Part shown: positions 14,648 through 28,750 of the stretch, in pieces
Layout of the letters: every line of letters starts with the position of its first letter
How positions within the stretch are numbered: the stretch's first letter is position 1
Assembly (NCBI RefSeq): GCF_964355755.1
Contig: NC_092676.1
Location: 28,228,871-28,292,870 of the forward strand
Length of the DNA: 64,000 nucleotides
Direction: 5' to 3'
DNA from: Antedon mediterranea
Lineage: Eukaryota; Animalia; Echinodermata
Position numbers and translations under genes: made by a program
Notes under the pieces: model-generated
Database searches by the model: none
What the model saw: only the letters and a program-made list of their open reading frames with translations
Told to the model about the DNA's origin: nothing

Positions 14648-16129
14648 TAGCCTGGGTGCAGAACAATTATTATACACATTTGCGGGAAAAAAGTATAGGA
14701 ACATTTTTTTTTGGTTTTTCTAATAGAGTATACCATATAGAATGTCAGAAAAAAAATCCCCATTTTTTATGGCACTTTTAAATTTTGGCCTATATAACAC
14801 ACACAAATTCCTATCAACACACACAAATACCTATATATAGGGGATAGGGAAAATCAATTAACAGTTTTTGTTACTTGCAGTTGTGTTTTAATGATTAAAA
14901 TTAGTAGAGGCTTACTTTAATAACTACTTCTCATAGTAGTTGATAAATCAAGTCGATACGATGACATCATCATGCCCGAATCCAATATGGCGTCCAATTT
15001 GGCGGGTTAAACAGGGTATTGCTAAACCCCCGCAAACCCCTGGAAACCTAAAAAAAAAACATAGAAAACCTCACCGAACCAACATAAAAGTGATTGAATC
15101 ATGGAGTGTACAACCCACTAGGTATGTCCATGTAAAACAACAAAAAAAATTCTACTGTTAACTACTTATTTTTGGGGTAAAACATCATTTTTTGGTTAAA
15201 AATTAGCAATCATTTTTTACCAAAAAATGATGTTTTACCCCAAAAATAAGTAGTTAACAGTACAAATTTAATTTTTTTTAACATGGATATACCCAGTGGG
15301 TCGTACACTACATGATTCAATCATTTTTATTATGTTGGTTCAGCGGGTTTGCTATGTTTTTTTGGAGGTTTGTAGGGTTTATCAATCATTTTTGACCAAA
15401 AAATGATGTTTTACCCAAAAAATAAGTAGTTAACAGTACAAATTTAATTTTTTTTTAACATGGATATACCCAGTGGGTCGTACACTACATGATTCAATCA
15501 CTTTTATTATGTTGGTTCAGTGGGTTTGCTATGTTTTTTTGGAGGTTTGTAGGGTTTATCAATCATTTTTTACCAAAAAATGATGTTTCACCCCAAAAAT
15601 AAGTAGTTAACAGTAGAAATTTAAATTTTTTTTTACATGGATATACCCAGTGGATCGTACACTACATGATTCAATCACTTTTATGTTGGTTCGGTGGGGT
15701 TTGCTATGTTTTTTTGGAGGTTTGCAAGGGTTTGCGGGGGTTTAGCAATACCCTGTTTTTTCCGCCAAATTGGACGCCATATTGGATTCTGGCATGATGA
15801 TGTCATTGTTATCGACTCGATTTACCAACTACTATGAGAAGTAGTTATTAAAGTAAGCCTCAGCAAATTTTAATCATCATAACACAACTCCAAGTAAAAA
15901 AAATGTGAATTTGTTTTCCCTATCCCCTATATATAGGTATTTGTGTGTGTTAATAGGCATTTGTGTGTGTTATATAGGCCAACATTTGAAAGTTCCGTAA
16001 CAAATTTTCCCCAAGACCCTGGGATGGGGATTTTTTTTCTGACATTCTATATGCTATACTCTATCAGAAAAAAAAGAAAACAATTTTCCTATACTTTTTT
16101 CCCGCAAAATTTGTACTGCACCCAGGCTA
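14648..16129. mobile_element. Non-autonomous foldback DNA transposon, Academ-like
   Basis: Termini TAGCCTGGGTGCAG / CTGCACCCAGGCTA, 3-bp TSD GTA on both sides, ~550-bp inverted arms, ~177-bp internal unit repeated at ~15207, 15383, 15560; no coding capacity. Superfamily inferred from TAG...CTA termini and a 3-bp TSD. Confidence 0.8.
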
Positions 16130-16549
16130 GTATGCACACCTCAACACATATGCCTACATCTCGGTGTACACCATCAAACTTTATTGACAAACAAAATGTA
16201 ATGTGTTCGGGTTCGGTGAGTTTATAGCCTCTCTACCCGAACATGAACAAGATTTTATAAGAACGATTTCAATGACAGTTCACATAATTTTATTACCATG
16301 TTTTATCTTTATATTTTAATTACCATCTTCTTTAAAATTGTAAATGAAAGCATATGGTTTTATATTGAAATCAATCATCTTTTTATGTAAATATCCCTGC
16401 ATTTTAACACTGTAAAAATAGTAGTAATATACAATAGAAAGAGAAATATTCATGCAAATAATTAATTGTTACAAATGTACCTTAACTTTTATATATAATA
16501 TATATAAATATAAAACAGAGAATTATAATAAAAGTGGGAAGACCCCACA

Positions 16550-16722
16550 TAAGACAAAAAAAAACAACAAAATGTAATGTGCCCATAGACGTGATGATGT
16601 CATCACTACCATATTTGACCATATCACTACCATATTTGGGCACATCACTACCATATTTGGGTATATTAATACCATATTTGGGCATATCACTACCATATTT
16701 GGGCACATCACACTTTGTATCA
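16550..16722. repeat. MITE family A internal part with ~5 copies of the 21-bp unit
   Basis: Tandem CA(C/T)ATCACTACCATATTTGGG; TIRs missing. Confidence 0.7.
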
Positions 16723-17961
16723 GGCCCTACATTGCAAATGTTAGTACAGGTATACATAGAAGTCATAATATAAATCAGACGAAGTATGACGTCATATCGA
16801 TTCTACGTAACACGTGTTTATAAAAATCTAACCCTGAATAGTTTAAAAATATATTTTACGATCAAATACATGAATAACAAAATCTAAAATGTATGAATTA
16901 TTCAATCGCTCCATAAGAATTAGGTTTGTGATTTCTGATTTTATTTATTCGTGTAATGTCCATATTTTATCTATGAGAATGTCACAGCTGGGAGATATTA
17001 AACATTTTCTTTCATATGAGAGTTAGGTATTTAAATTTACACAAAAGATACATGCAACAAACACAGACATATTAATGTTTAGTAGTCTATAAATAATTTG
17101 CTATACTTTTAAAGGTTCCCACTAGGACGCGCGACGTAAGCAGTTCAACGCAAGAGGTAATAATTTGACCAATCACGACGCGATGAATAATCAAAGACTT
17201 AATCGATGAAGTTGTGCTGCCTCCAATGTTGTTTAAGGATACTAACTTTAAATAAGTTTACAGTAATATTTCAGATCTTTATAAGTCTGATGTTTGAACA
17301 TGAAAAGGTAAATATATAATTATTTAGTGTTTACGATATTAATTGTAGAGCTTGTCGAAGTATATATTCGTTTCGATGTGGCTAGACGGACGTACTTCAT
17401 CTGAAAAGATGTACTTTTTACAACATTTAAATGAAATTATAATGCTGTTGCTACTTCAATTGATTATGAAACTTGTACTATTTACAAAACTAAGTAAATG
17501 TCGCGTTACGTGGTTGACTATATAAAACGCGTGTACACGTGTAGTAACGAGTGTACACGTGTCGCTCTTTGTACGAGTAAACATCTATTTGAATAGCTGT
17601 GACCCGTTGATACATCCACTGTCTGCGTGTGCAAATAGAAAGCATCCGTTACTAAACGCTCTTTAGTATTACATCACGGTATTATAGTCCGGGAACCAAA
17701 TAAGGTATCTTGTTTGACGACGGCGGCCTTTTGCTTAATTAGTAAGGATATTGAAATTGAGAGACTGATTCCTTTTTTTTGTGCTGTCACTATCTTATTT
17801 GCACTATTACTAGTTTAACACATATCTATGAGAAGCTGAACACTTGGGAGTCGCGATCGAGTACGTTCACAGTTCAGGGAGGGTTCGTAAGGGTTCGTTC
17901 CAACAACCCGAACACTTTTTGATCCTGAGGACACACAATTTGATTAATTACCAAATTCGTC

Positions 17962-18116
17962 TAAAGTTCTGTCCACACTATCAATCAATCACTGTCAATT
18001 ATGTGACAAGAAAATGTGATGTGCCCATATATGGACATGATGATGTCATATCACTACCAAATTTTGGCACATCACACTTTTTTGTCAAAATCGATTGATA
18101 CTGTAGACAGAGCCTA
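17962..18116. mobile_element. MITE family A, diverged
   Basis: Degenerate TIRs, one internal unit. Confidence 0.7.
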
Positions 18117-18239
18117 ATAAATGGATCATACACAAAAAAATGTGTACCACATTTATTCATGTTACTTCAGGGATTCAGTTTATTATAGTTATGCCGATAT
18201 AAATTATGCATACTTTTTAAGTACCGTTGAATACATTGT

Positions 18240-18470
18240 TGTTATTATTATTTATACTGGGTAGCCTCTTCAGTCAAAGACTGTTCTCCCAGCAGGCCCA
18301 GTACTATGATGAGTTTGTGACAGTGGCTGTGTGTGAAACAGTAGGCCTACACCGGGGTAACCCCCTACTCGTCTCGAAAGGTTCTTTAAAGTGCACATGA
18401 ATCAGATATATACACAGAACCTACAGTTTATAATCTTTATCCGAGAAGACTTGTTCTTCCACCAGAACTA
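18240..18470 (-). mobile_element. SINE fragment, same core but a different 3' tail
   Basis: Shares CACCGGGGTAACCCCCTACTC...TATCCGAGAAGACTTGTTC..CACCAGAACTA with 62490-62620; tail ends in TAT repeats. Confidence 0.65.
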
Positions 18471-20397
18471 TTAATTTTCAATCTAGACCTCTGCCTCTCA
18501 CAAATTGCATAATGGAAGCCACAACCCCATATCCCTAACAAGTGTCATAATATAGCAATAATCATGTCCTCATTGTTTGGGGCAATTGGATAACAAAAGC
18601 ACAGAGGTATATCTTTCAATAACGGGTAACACAGATGTAATGGTTCCCTGCTAGGACGAAATCGATTGCCGAATTGACGCCTGGCTATTTAGCTCTTTAT
18701 AAGGTCTATTTGCTTATTATTCATGCTAAATAGACGTGAATTATGTCGCCTATATCACGTTTCAATGAATTGATTTCTACCTTATATTGGATTGTTTTTC
18801 CCGGGAAGTGATTTTAACTGTACAGCTTACGGAAACTAAACATAATACTAAGTAAGCAATACTCTGATTGGATTGCTCTAATTAAGTTACCATTATTTTA
18901 AAATGGTTTATAACAAGCGTTTTCATTAGCCACGCATGTCTGTAAACGCGACGTTCACGCGCTGCTTATTAACCAATCATTTCTTCATTTATTTTACAAT
19001 ACGGTATTGGCTTATTATGGAATTTTGGAAGAAAAACTACCCCCTCCCCCCTTTTGACTCAAGGAATCAACTTGTTGACTGTTGCTGCAATCAATTATTC
19101 ACACGAGGTACAGTTCCGTTGTTAATTGATACTACAAACACAAATTGCTTTTGATTTACATGTATCGCATCTGATCGATGATGTGACGTCGTTTACGGGT
19201 TAGTTGAGTGACGCCATTGAAATAAGTATGTGTCCACACGGACATTTGATCGTTGCATCAACCCAGTCTATTGGTTAAAAAGTTTGTTGTGACAAGGCAA
19301 TCTTACAAAATGCCTTGGTAAGCTTTTTAAAGAATAAATTGTCGTATTTTATTGTGACTTTTACCGTTGAGTATAGTTTTTCCCGTTGAGTACACATTTA
19401 ACGGAGTATTTTGAGCGTTGAGATTGTTGTTAAGGAAAAAGCTTGCATTGTCAACGTTTTCTATTCGAATGAATTTCTGTTGAGCACAATAATCCGTTTA
19501 AAATTTACCATTCGAATACAAAATTTGCTCAACGAATCTTTATGTTGACAACGAAAGTTTCCATTCAACAACAAATGTTTTATTAAACATTCTAAAATAA
19601 GGCTGTGTGCATATTAATTAGCTTGTATTGTTTAAAAAAAATTAAATGGCGCTTCATACTAAAATAGTATGTCTTATAAGGTGCGAGAAAGAACATTTTC
19701 TATTACGTTTGGCTACATTTTATAGATACTAGAATTGTCAAGTACGGTACGCGCGCGTATAAAGCCCGTACCGCTTTCATCAAAATGTGAACGCGCTCGG
19801 AAGATTTTGTTTTGCATGTTCATAATCTTCAGAATTATTAAACGCATTTCACTATATATTTATTATGAAACAAAATCACAAACTGCTATCTTTTATTGAC
19901 ATATTAAAAATAAAAACGTTATCCCCTTGACAGAATTAATATAGTAAGAACAAGTATTTAAAACCTATATCGCTTACGTTAATTGTATTCCCTTTGTTGG
20001 TGTTGTTACCTATTAGCCTGTAACGCGGTAACCATAGCTTGTAACGCTGAACTAACACAATCTGGATGTGTTACAGTAACACCCGGGCTTTATCTTGAAC
20101 AAAGGTGTGATGAAAAGGCGAATTGTTGTGGAACTAACATTATTACTAAAACACTTTAGTCCATTCACGTTTAAGTAATCGCATTTATGAAAAATCACTT
20201 AAGTTTTATACGAGTAAATCATGCATAAACGGCAGAATTATGTTTGCGCATTTTACGCTAAACTGTTGAAAATTAGGAATACGAATAGGAACGAATTTAT
20301 TGTCATATAATTTACTACAAAAAAAAATGATGAGGTGGGGCCAAGGAAACCGAAAAGGTTTGTATGAATTAGTCCCCTGATATCATGAATTCGATAA

Positions 20398-20752
20398 TAA
20401 CATGAAGTTGATAAAATGAAGTTGATAACATGAAGTTGATAAAATGAAGTTGATAAAATGAAGTTGATAAAATGAAGTTGATAAAATGAAGTTGATAAAA
20501 TGAAGTTGATAAAATGAAGTTGATAAAATGAAGTTGATAAAATGAAGTTGATAACATGAAGTTGATAAAATGAAGTTGATAAAATGAAGTTGATAAAATG
20601 AAGTTGATAAAATGAAGTTGATAAAATGAAGTTGATAACATGAAGTTGATAAAATGAAGTTGATAAAATGAAGTTGATAACATGAGGTTGATAACATGAA
20701 GTTGATAACATGAAGTTGGTAACATGAAGTTGATAACATAAAGTTGATAACA
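20398..20752. repeat. 14-bp minisatellite (ATGAAGTTGATAAM), ~25 copies
   Basis: Directly visible. Confidence 0.97.
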
Positions 20753-23700
20753 TTAATGATGTAGCATTATTGATAATGGTAACATTATTGGTATAGTAAC
20801 ATTATTTTTATGATAACGTTTATGATAGTTGATAATGGTGGTGTTTGTCTTAACAATTATAATAGCTGAGTCGAGGATGATAAAGTTTATAAGTAACCTA
20901 CGACGACAATGACAAGACAGTGACGTGAATACAAACATTAATTATACTGTTAATATTACCCTCAATGAACTCTGTCTACCACAACTTTTTTACTTTCCGT
21001 GTGAAAATGCTTGTTCTTAATTTTCGCATCGTCTCACTAACAAACATAGTAACATATCCGATTATTTGCATAACATAACTTTCTTTGTTTTTACTGTTCA
21101 CTTGGTGTTTAAAGATTATAATTACTAATTAAATCATACTAAGTGTATCAGCCTATACTTACGCTCATTAAAGCGTGCCACATACTTAGATTAATTACAG
21201 AATCTTAATTAGTTGATCATGATACTATTAATCTAATTTTAAAATACATGCTATTAAGTAGAAGGAAAGTGTTATGGTTGAAAGATTACTGAACCCGAGA
21301 CGCGTGTATTTCACCCTGGGATGGATAGACGCAGACTGCGCGTCCCATTATTTCCACTTATCGTTCGCGCGCGTACATTAAATCGTACGCGTGCTTGTAC
21401 GCTTGCGTACAAATGCATGCAATAAATATCAACATAATATATACGCGCGCGTCATTTTGTGTCTGATTGTGGTGTCGTATTGGATGAAAAAAAAGGACGG
21501 TGATATGATAATAAAGAATACTGTACCATAAACATTTAATTGCTTTTATTTATGTAATTGGATTACTCTTTTTTATATACTGTAATAACATTCTAATCTT
21601 AAATAATCTAATCATAAATACAAATCAATTGTGATTGTACTTTTGACATTGGCTTTCATGTTTATTATGCAAGTAGTATGTGCTTAATTATAGTTGATAC
21701 AAATTCAATGTTTTATGTGCATTCAGCTGTCTGGGTGCTCTCAACTATTTTATGTAATTTTTACATCTGCTTCAAAGTACCGCTTGAACAAAAGACACGA
21801 CTCATAAGAGTACGCGCGCGTACAAACGTTGATAAGCATGTCGGTGACTATTCTTACGTGCGCGTTAATGTTTTGACACCATAAAAGCGTAATTAGCACA
21901 AATATGTATGACAATATGTTGTTGGTCACATGTTTGATCCAATTTCTAATTTAAACATACGATTTTGTTTTCATTTTGTTTACGTGACCATAAAGAGTAA
22001 CATTACAAATGTCCTATAATTATGACACGTATATTATTACGTTTACAATAATTAGTTCAGGTCAATGAAGTACATTACAAATCAATACGCTATGATTGCA
22101 ATTATATTGGCTTATATTTCACTTATTTAATCTCAACAGTTGTACTGACTTTAAATAAAAGCGATGTGAAAAATGCCAGGCCATTGAAGTGGTCGATTTA
22201 TTTGACTGATAGTCGACGAAAGAAATCTATATCATGCACAAATACTATTAAACCAGCGAGTATAATTGAGTGTGGGAAAAAACAGATTGAAATATTTCGA
22301 CTCAACAGGTTGGTAGCTTGCAGGTTTACAATTGGAATATGGAAGTCAGGGGGTTAATCCTTTCCGATAAAATATTGTGATATGTCAATCTGGTGTAATC
22401 ATTGATTTAATTTTTATTCAGTTTTATTCACTTTATTTATAAAAGTAAAGACAAAACTAAGCATAATTATGAGAGTGTGTAACCGTGCGTGGCAATTATC
22501 TTGAACAATTGGCAATGACAACAACGAAACACAAAGTGGACGCGCGCGTACAAAAGACGTACGATTTTGTGATATTGTCATACGTAAAAGTGACATAACC
22601 TATATTTTATTGACCTTGGCCAAAATATCAAATTAAGAGATAATAGACATATTAATGGCTTAACAGTGACCAATTGTATGGTGTTACAGTGACCAATTGC
22701 ATGGTGTTACAGTATATCAAGTAACACGTTGAAGATGGTCTGATTGTTGATAATTTCTTTAGAATGTTTTGCATACTAATTTTTTTTTAATCTGTAACAA
22801 TAATATTTTTGGTTGACTTGCACTAGATTTATGTTAGATTTTAATAACGAATTAGGCCAACTAAACCAAACAAAAGAAGTCGATCGAAGAAAAAAGATCG
22901 AATCACAAATGACACGACAACATACAAATAGGCATAAACAGTTCGAAAAAAAACTCAAACGAACTTATAATGAATTGTGTAGTAATGAGAAGAAAAAATC
23001 TAAACAGATTTATATAAACAGGGACAATGAGAGTCAAACAGAAAATATAAGTTATGTATTATGCACGAAGAGAATAAAATCGCTGAATATTTAAAAAAAG
23101 TCTTAAGTAGGCGGATTGGAATGGATGACAAGAAGAGATAAAAATGGAACCAAAATAATCATAATAGTCCCGTTGCTAAAACAAGCTTTGAAATGCAGCT
23201 CGGCTCAGCAAACTAATGATAACATAGATCAAAATGTTCTACAATTAGTAATTCAATTTCATAAATAAAAATGGAAACCAATTAACTATTGATAAAAGCA
23301 CTTATCATCACCAAAGAGGTTTTACAACTTGTTACATACTCGTAATGCACGCAAATAACGCGTGGTTATAACAGTAAAATAAATATAGCTGTTTAGGTCT
23401 CACTTAGGCCGACATGTGTTGAGGTGTACTGATTTGTCAAAACATCGATTTTTACTGTTCTTAAAAGAGATGGTGGTAGCGCCATTACGAGCACTGCGTA
23501 CGTCAGCTGGCCCCCGTGGGACATTTCTGTATGCTCAAAGTAATAATATTATACTGATTTGTTTTGGTATTGTTTGATCACTTTAACTTGTTCAATTAAT
23601 TATTCCGAAAGCATAGGAAGTTACTTTATTTACAGCTAAAACTGCTTTACACCCAGAGTTGCCAAAACGTGGTATTACTGTACAAACATACATAAATTAA

Positions 23701-25794
23701 TGTGAATACACGGTAACATTAAGTGTACGCGCCCATGACATCCCTCTCTTCGAACTTATTTATTTATTCTGTCTTTATACTGAATGACAGTTTCAGTGCT
23801 AAAACATTGATTTCCAAAGTGGTTCAGTAGAGAACATTTACAATATAATACAAATATTTCAAAGACAACGAACAAAGTAATTTACATTACTACACACACA
23901 TTTACCAAAAGGTAACTATCTACAAAACATACAGTATACAACTAATAGAAGGAAAAAGATACTTTTAAGTATTAAAATACTTAATCTCTCCTTAAAGTCT
24001 ATTTTTAGACTTACTTAGACCACCATCCACATTTAGAAGAAATATATATTATGTATTACTTGTGAAAATAAAAAAAAACAACAACAATCAGTAATATTTT
24101 GTATTGAATTTTGAAAGTGTCATAGATGTATATTTTTTTTTATTCATTTAAAAATTACAGTATGAATTTCTATCATCGAACGAACGCCCTACGCTACCAC
24201 GACTTGACTGTAAAAAACTTATCAAAGTTATGTTTGCTGTCTACGTGTGAACAAACACTGAATTTGTTCGCTGTCGTAATGCAAATACACTGTACATTGA
24301 CTTTCTCTTGTACGCATACGACATGGAACAAAAAAGCAAAATAAATATAAAAACCCACACGAGAACAATGACGTATCGGTTATAGAGGCTCCTTCGTTAA
24401 TCTCCTTCTGTTTTTTTATGTTACGCGTCCGTTCACACGCGCGCGTAACAAATTTCACGCACACCATGCACACTTTGTACGTTCGCGAGCCGCTATGGGT
24501 TTTAAATATCTGGGGATACATTTTAATATGAAAAGAAAGCAATGTTTTAGTCGGATAAATTCCATTGAGGTTTGAATTATTATTATTGATAATATATTTA
24601 ATAATATTATAAATAATATTTATTTGATCCAAATATTATTTCGTTGTAGGCCTAATCAAATGGGAATAAATCTCAATTACCAATATGGTAGCCTTGAGAT
24701 CAACACATAATGCTAAGTATGGCAATAAACCTAACATGGTTCGATTACATAAACGGAAACTTTACATGCATCTGTGAGTTTCTATAGACAATGTTCGTAT
24801 AGTCGAATTATAACAGTGATTTGTAAAAACAATCGGAAACAATGCGTTAAACGATCTATACTGATGGACACAACGCTGCAATTATTACACCAATAACTAT
24901 TGTTCTTTCTTTGTCTTTGCAAATTCGATAAAACTGATTCATCCTGGATTTGATTATATGATTTGACGCCTCTGGATTCGAACAGCGAACGTGTGGTATT
25001 GACCGTATAGTGCATAAACTGGTGTCTGCCGGGTAAATAGTCGATATGTTGTGAATCATAGCTGTGACGTTTAGCGCGTTTTGTAACGCGCGATAATTGA
25101 CATCATCGCGCGCAGATTAAGACAAAGATTTATAATATTATTTATTTTATTTCATTCGATCAACAATGATGCTAATTAATTAGTCATGTGATGATAATTA
25201 TGATTATAACAATTGGATATTGTGCTTCATAACAAACAAATTATTATTAAAATCAATAATAATAATAATTACTGCATATTATTATCAAAACACGAAATTT
25301 AGAGGATTCAGTTGGGATCTTACAATCAGTAATTTTAATTATCGTATGACTTGTACACAAAAAAATAGATAATGAACATCAAATGACAAATAATTAATAA
25401 TAATTAATTTAAAATGTGTGTGCAGCCAATTGCTTAAAATTTACAAAAGCATAATATACTTAAAGCTCTGCCCACTGATATAGATAAAGATAAGTTATAT
25501 AATATTATTCATCAAATAGTTAAAATTGTAACAATTGATTTCCTTTGGTAAGTGCCTCCCATTTTTTAAGTATATGTATAAATAGTAGCTAATTGTGCAT
25601 ATTACAAGTAGGAATTTATTCCAGGAATGTGATGATCGATACATTTATTTTATTAATGTGTGTTCAAATTAGAAACATTGATATCAAATTTAATTAGTTT
25701 CTTTATTTTGTTTATATTAATTAGATTTTTGATTTGGACAATTAGGAGCAGGACACTTATGTAGCATTACGTCATAATGAATGTTGTCATAGTC

Positions 25795-26265
25795 AGAGAT
25801 TTAGGCCTACGAATCGTAATTACAATTATAAAGTACGTCAATTCGATTCTTATAAATAAAATCTCGGTACATTATGTATAATAATTATTTTATATATTAC
25901 AACGATACAATATTGATTTAGTTTGTTTTTAATTTGTATATATCCACATTTCATGTTAATAATCAGCTTACGAATCGTAATTACAATTATAAAGTACATC
26001 AATTCGATTCTTATCAATATAATCTACGGTACATTATTTATAATTATTATTTTATATATTACAACGATACAATATTGATTTATTTGTTTTTAATTTGTGT
26101 ATATCCACATTTCATGTTCATAATCAGATTACGAATCCTAATTACAATTATAAAGTACGTCAATTCGATTCTTATCAATCTACGGTACATTACGTATAAT
26201 TATGTATACTTATTATTTGATATAACATACAATATTGATTATTTTTTTGTTTTTAATTTGTATAT
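25795..26265. repeat. ~160-bp tandem repeat, 3 copies
   Basis: ACGAATC(G/C)TAATTACAATTATAAAGTAC at ~25809, 25970, 26131. Confidence 0.85.
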
Positions 26266-27834
26266 TTCTTCTTTACGTACCGTACATGTTATAAACATGT
26301 TGTATGCTCAATTATTTATACAGAGCACAAGCGCGTTCAAAAGTCTAAATTCATTGCATTTTTTATTCCAATCTCTTGAATCGATTATATGTTATTAGTA
26401 TACGCTTTCATTCACAGCTGTTCCTGACTCAATTACACAATTCGTTTACATGTGTATCGCTGCATTACCGCGGCGTACCATACTAATTCTTCGAATAAAA
26501 AAAAGTTAATAATGGCTAGAGGGCGTGCTTCAGATTTTTACATCATTTCTAACTCGCTATACTTTTGTTTTAAATCATGAACAAAATTAAATACTACCGG
26601 TATTCACTATTTAATAGGTAAGTTATTACTCACGATAAGTTGATTGTACAAATTTGAATGAATAATAATTAATAATGCTTATAAGAACGACGTTTCGTTT
26701 TTTTATGTGGCGCTCAGCTACTTCTACCTTTCGGGGGTGGACGAAACGAGAATTAGTTAAGCGACCACCCTTTGATATACACATTTTAGGTCCGTCTGAC
26801 TGTGCCCCTAATAGGGGTTCTTAAAACAGTGATATAGTTTGTTGTGAAAGTACCATGGCTTGTTTAAAATATTGTTTATTCATATTTCATAATTTTATAA
26901 TGCACAATTTGTATCAGTGTTTAGACTTTTTAATATAAAAGTGGCCCTATAAAGTGATCTATTTTCTTACTTTCTTTTCCATTGTCTGGCTTTTTTATGT
27001 ATTTAATATTCATCATTTTGTTTCATCAGTTTACCAAAATAACTTGCATTAAGATAAACATTAATCTTGGAGAATGAGTGCACGCACGTCAATCTCAATC
27101 AATTGTATTTCCATATGTCCTTTCACCAGATTTTGTCAACATTTGACGTGATAAAAATATTTACTGTATATTATGATTATAATTACAAGCATATAAAATA
27201 TGTGAATTTAATTACAATTACACGCCAATAGTAAATTATAAACAATAATCATATGAAGGCATACATAAACCCTTGTCTAGTTTCACTTATTAATTTTAAA
27301 TTTAGATTACGAGGAAAACATAAATATTGATTTAGAATCATTGCGTTTTATTGTTTATTTACTATAATTAAATATTGTATTCATTATTTACAAAGTGTAT
27401 TTTTGTTATTTTTGTTACCACGAACGATTGTGGATAATGCTGCTTCTTTTGCGGTACAGTGTTTGTTTGTTTGTGCCGCCTGCGGGGGCACTGTGTTTAG
27501 AGAGCGAATAGTGTGTCAGTCCTTTAGACAATAAGACCGATAGTTTTAGGGCATCCAAGATAATATCAGTATAAACAATCAAGAAATACAAACAAATATG
27601 TTTAAGATTACTGTAATAAAAGCATTTTAAGAATATTAATATACAAAAATAGGCCTATGAACTGTAAATTGTATCGCTTTCTCTTAGGGCGAGATCCTAA
27701 ACACATGATGTATGTGACCAACACAAAGTAAAGAGGTCTTCTAACCACCTTTAACCATTTACAGGTGCTTTTAATATAGACTACATTCTTCTAATGACCG
27801 CGAGGAGTCTTTGTTCAACCGTAACTCTCATTTC

Positions 27835-28750
27835 CAGTAGGTCCTTGCTTAGCCATGGTCACTCACATATTCGGGGTACCAAACTGGCCTTCAATAGGAG
27901 TGAGACCAATCTACTATACAAGATTCAACCGCCACTAACTGCCTATGCACCAAATACCAGCAGGTTTTGTTTCAGCTGTCAATCATTATCACTATTTGGG
28001 TTCAAAATGGACTGATAATATAAGACAAATCTACCATGCAGAATGTCCATTTTTAGTCGTCACTCATCTCACTCACTCCCATCTCAATGGCTCTTTAATA
28101 GAAGGGAGACGTTTCATCTACCACTAACTGGTCCTTGCTTAACGGTCACTTATCTCTACCGATGGTCCAAAATGGTTTTAAATAGGAGGGAGAGACACAA
28201 ATATACAATCAGGGCCATCTACCACTAGCAGGTCCTTGCTTAACGGTCCACTTCATCTACCCATAGTCCAAAAAGGTCTTTAATAGGAGGTAGATAGACC
28301 AATCTACCAGCAGGTTCTTGCTTAACGGTCCACTTCATCTACCTATAGTCCAAAAAGGTCTTTAATAGGAGGTAGATAGACCAATCTACCACAGGACCGT
28401 GCTTAACCGTCACTCATCTCTACCAATGGTCCCAAATGGTCTTTAAAGGGAGGGAGAGAGACCGACCTACCAGCAAGTCCGTGCTTAACCGATACTTATC
28501 TCTACCAATGGTCCCAAATGGTCTTTAAAGGGAGGGAGAGAGACCGACCTACCAGCAAGTCCGTGCTTAACCGATACTTATCTCTACCCATGGTCCAAAA
28601 TGGTCTTTAACGGGAGGGAGAGAGACCGACCTACCAGCAAGTCCGTGCTTAACCGATACTTATCTCTACCCATGGTCCAAAATGGTCTTTATTAAGAGGA
28701 GGAAGACGTCCCATCTACAATCAGGTCCTTGCTTAACCGTCACTCATCTT
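27835..28750. repeat. ~70-80-bp minisatellite array
   Basis: Unit GTCC(T/G)TGCTTAAC...TCTACC.ATGGTCC.AAATGGTCTTTAA..GGAGGGAGAGAGACC...CTACCAGCA; homogeneous at the right end, degenerate at the left. Confidence 0.9.

Noticed and set aside
16482-16773. Repetitive ORFs (PKYGSD / SLPYLG) and CRISPR-like periodicity
   Set aside because: Contiguous 21-bp units of MITE family A with no unique spacers, in eukaryotic DNA.
20253-20753. Three long minus-strand ORFs
   Set aside because: Artefacts of the stop-free strand of the 14-bp minisatellite.
25934-26398. 154-aa ORF
   Set aside because: Lies in an AT-rich tandem repeat; composition not protein-like.
27794-28750. Possible repeat-spacer array or short ORFs
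   Set aside because: Head-to-tail minisatellite without spacers; ORFs lack protein features.
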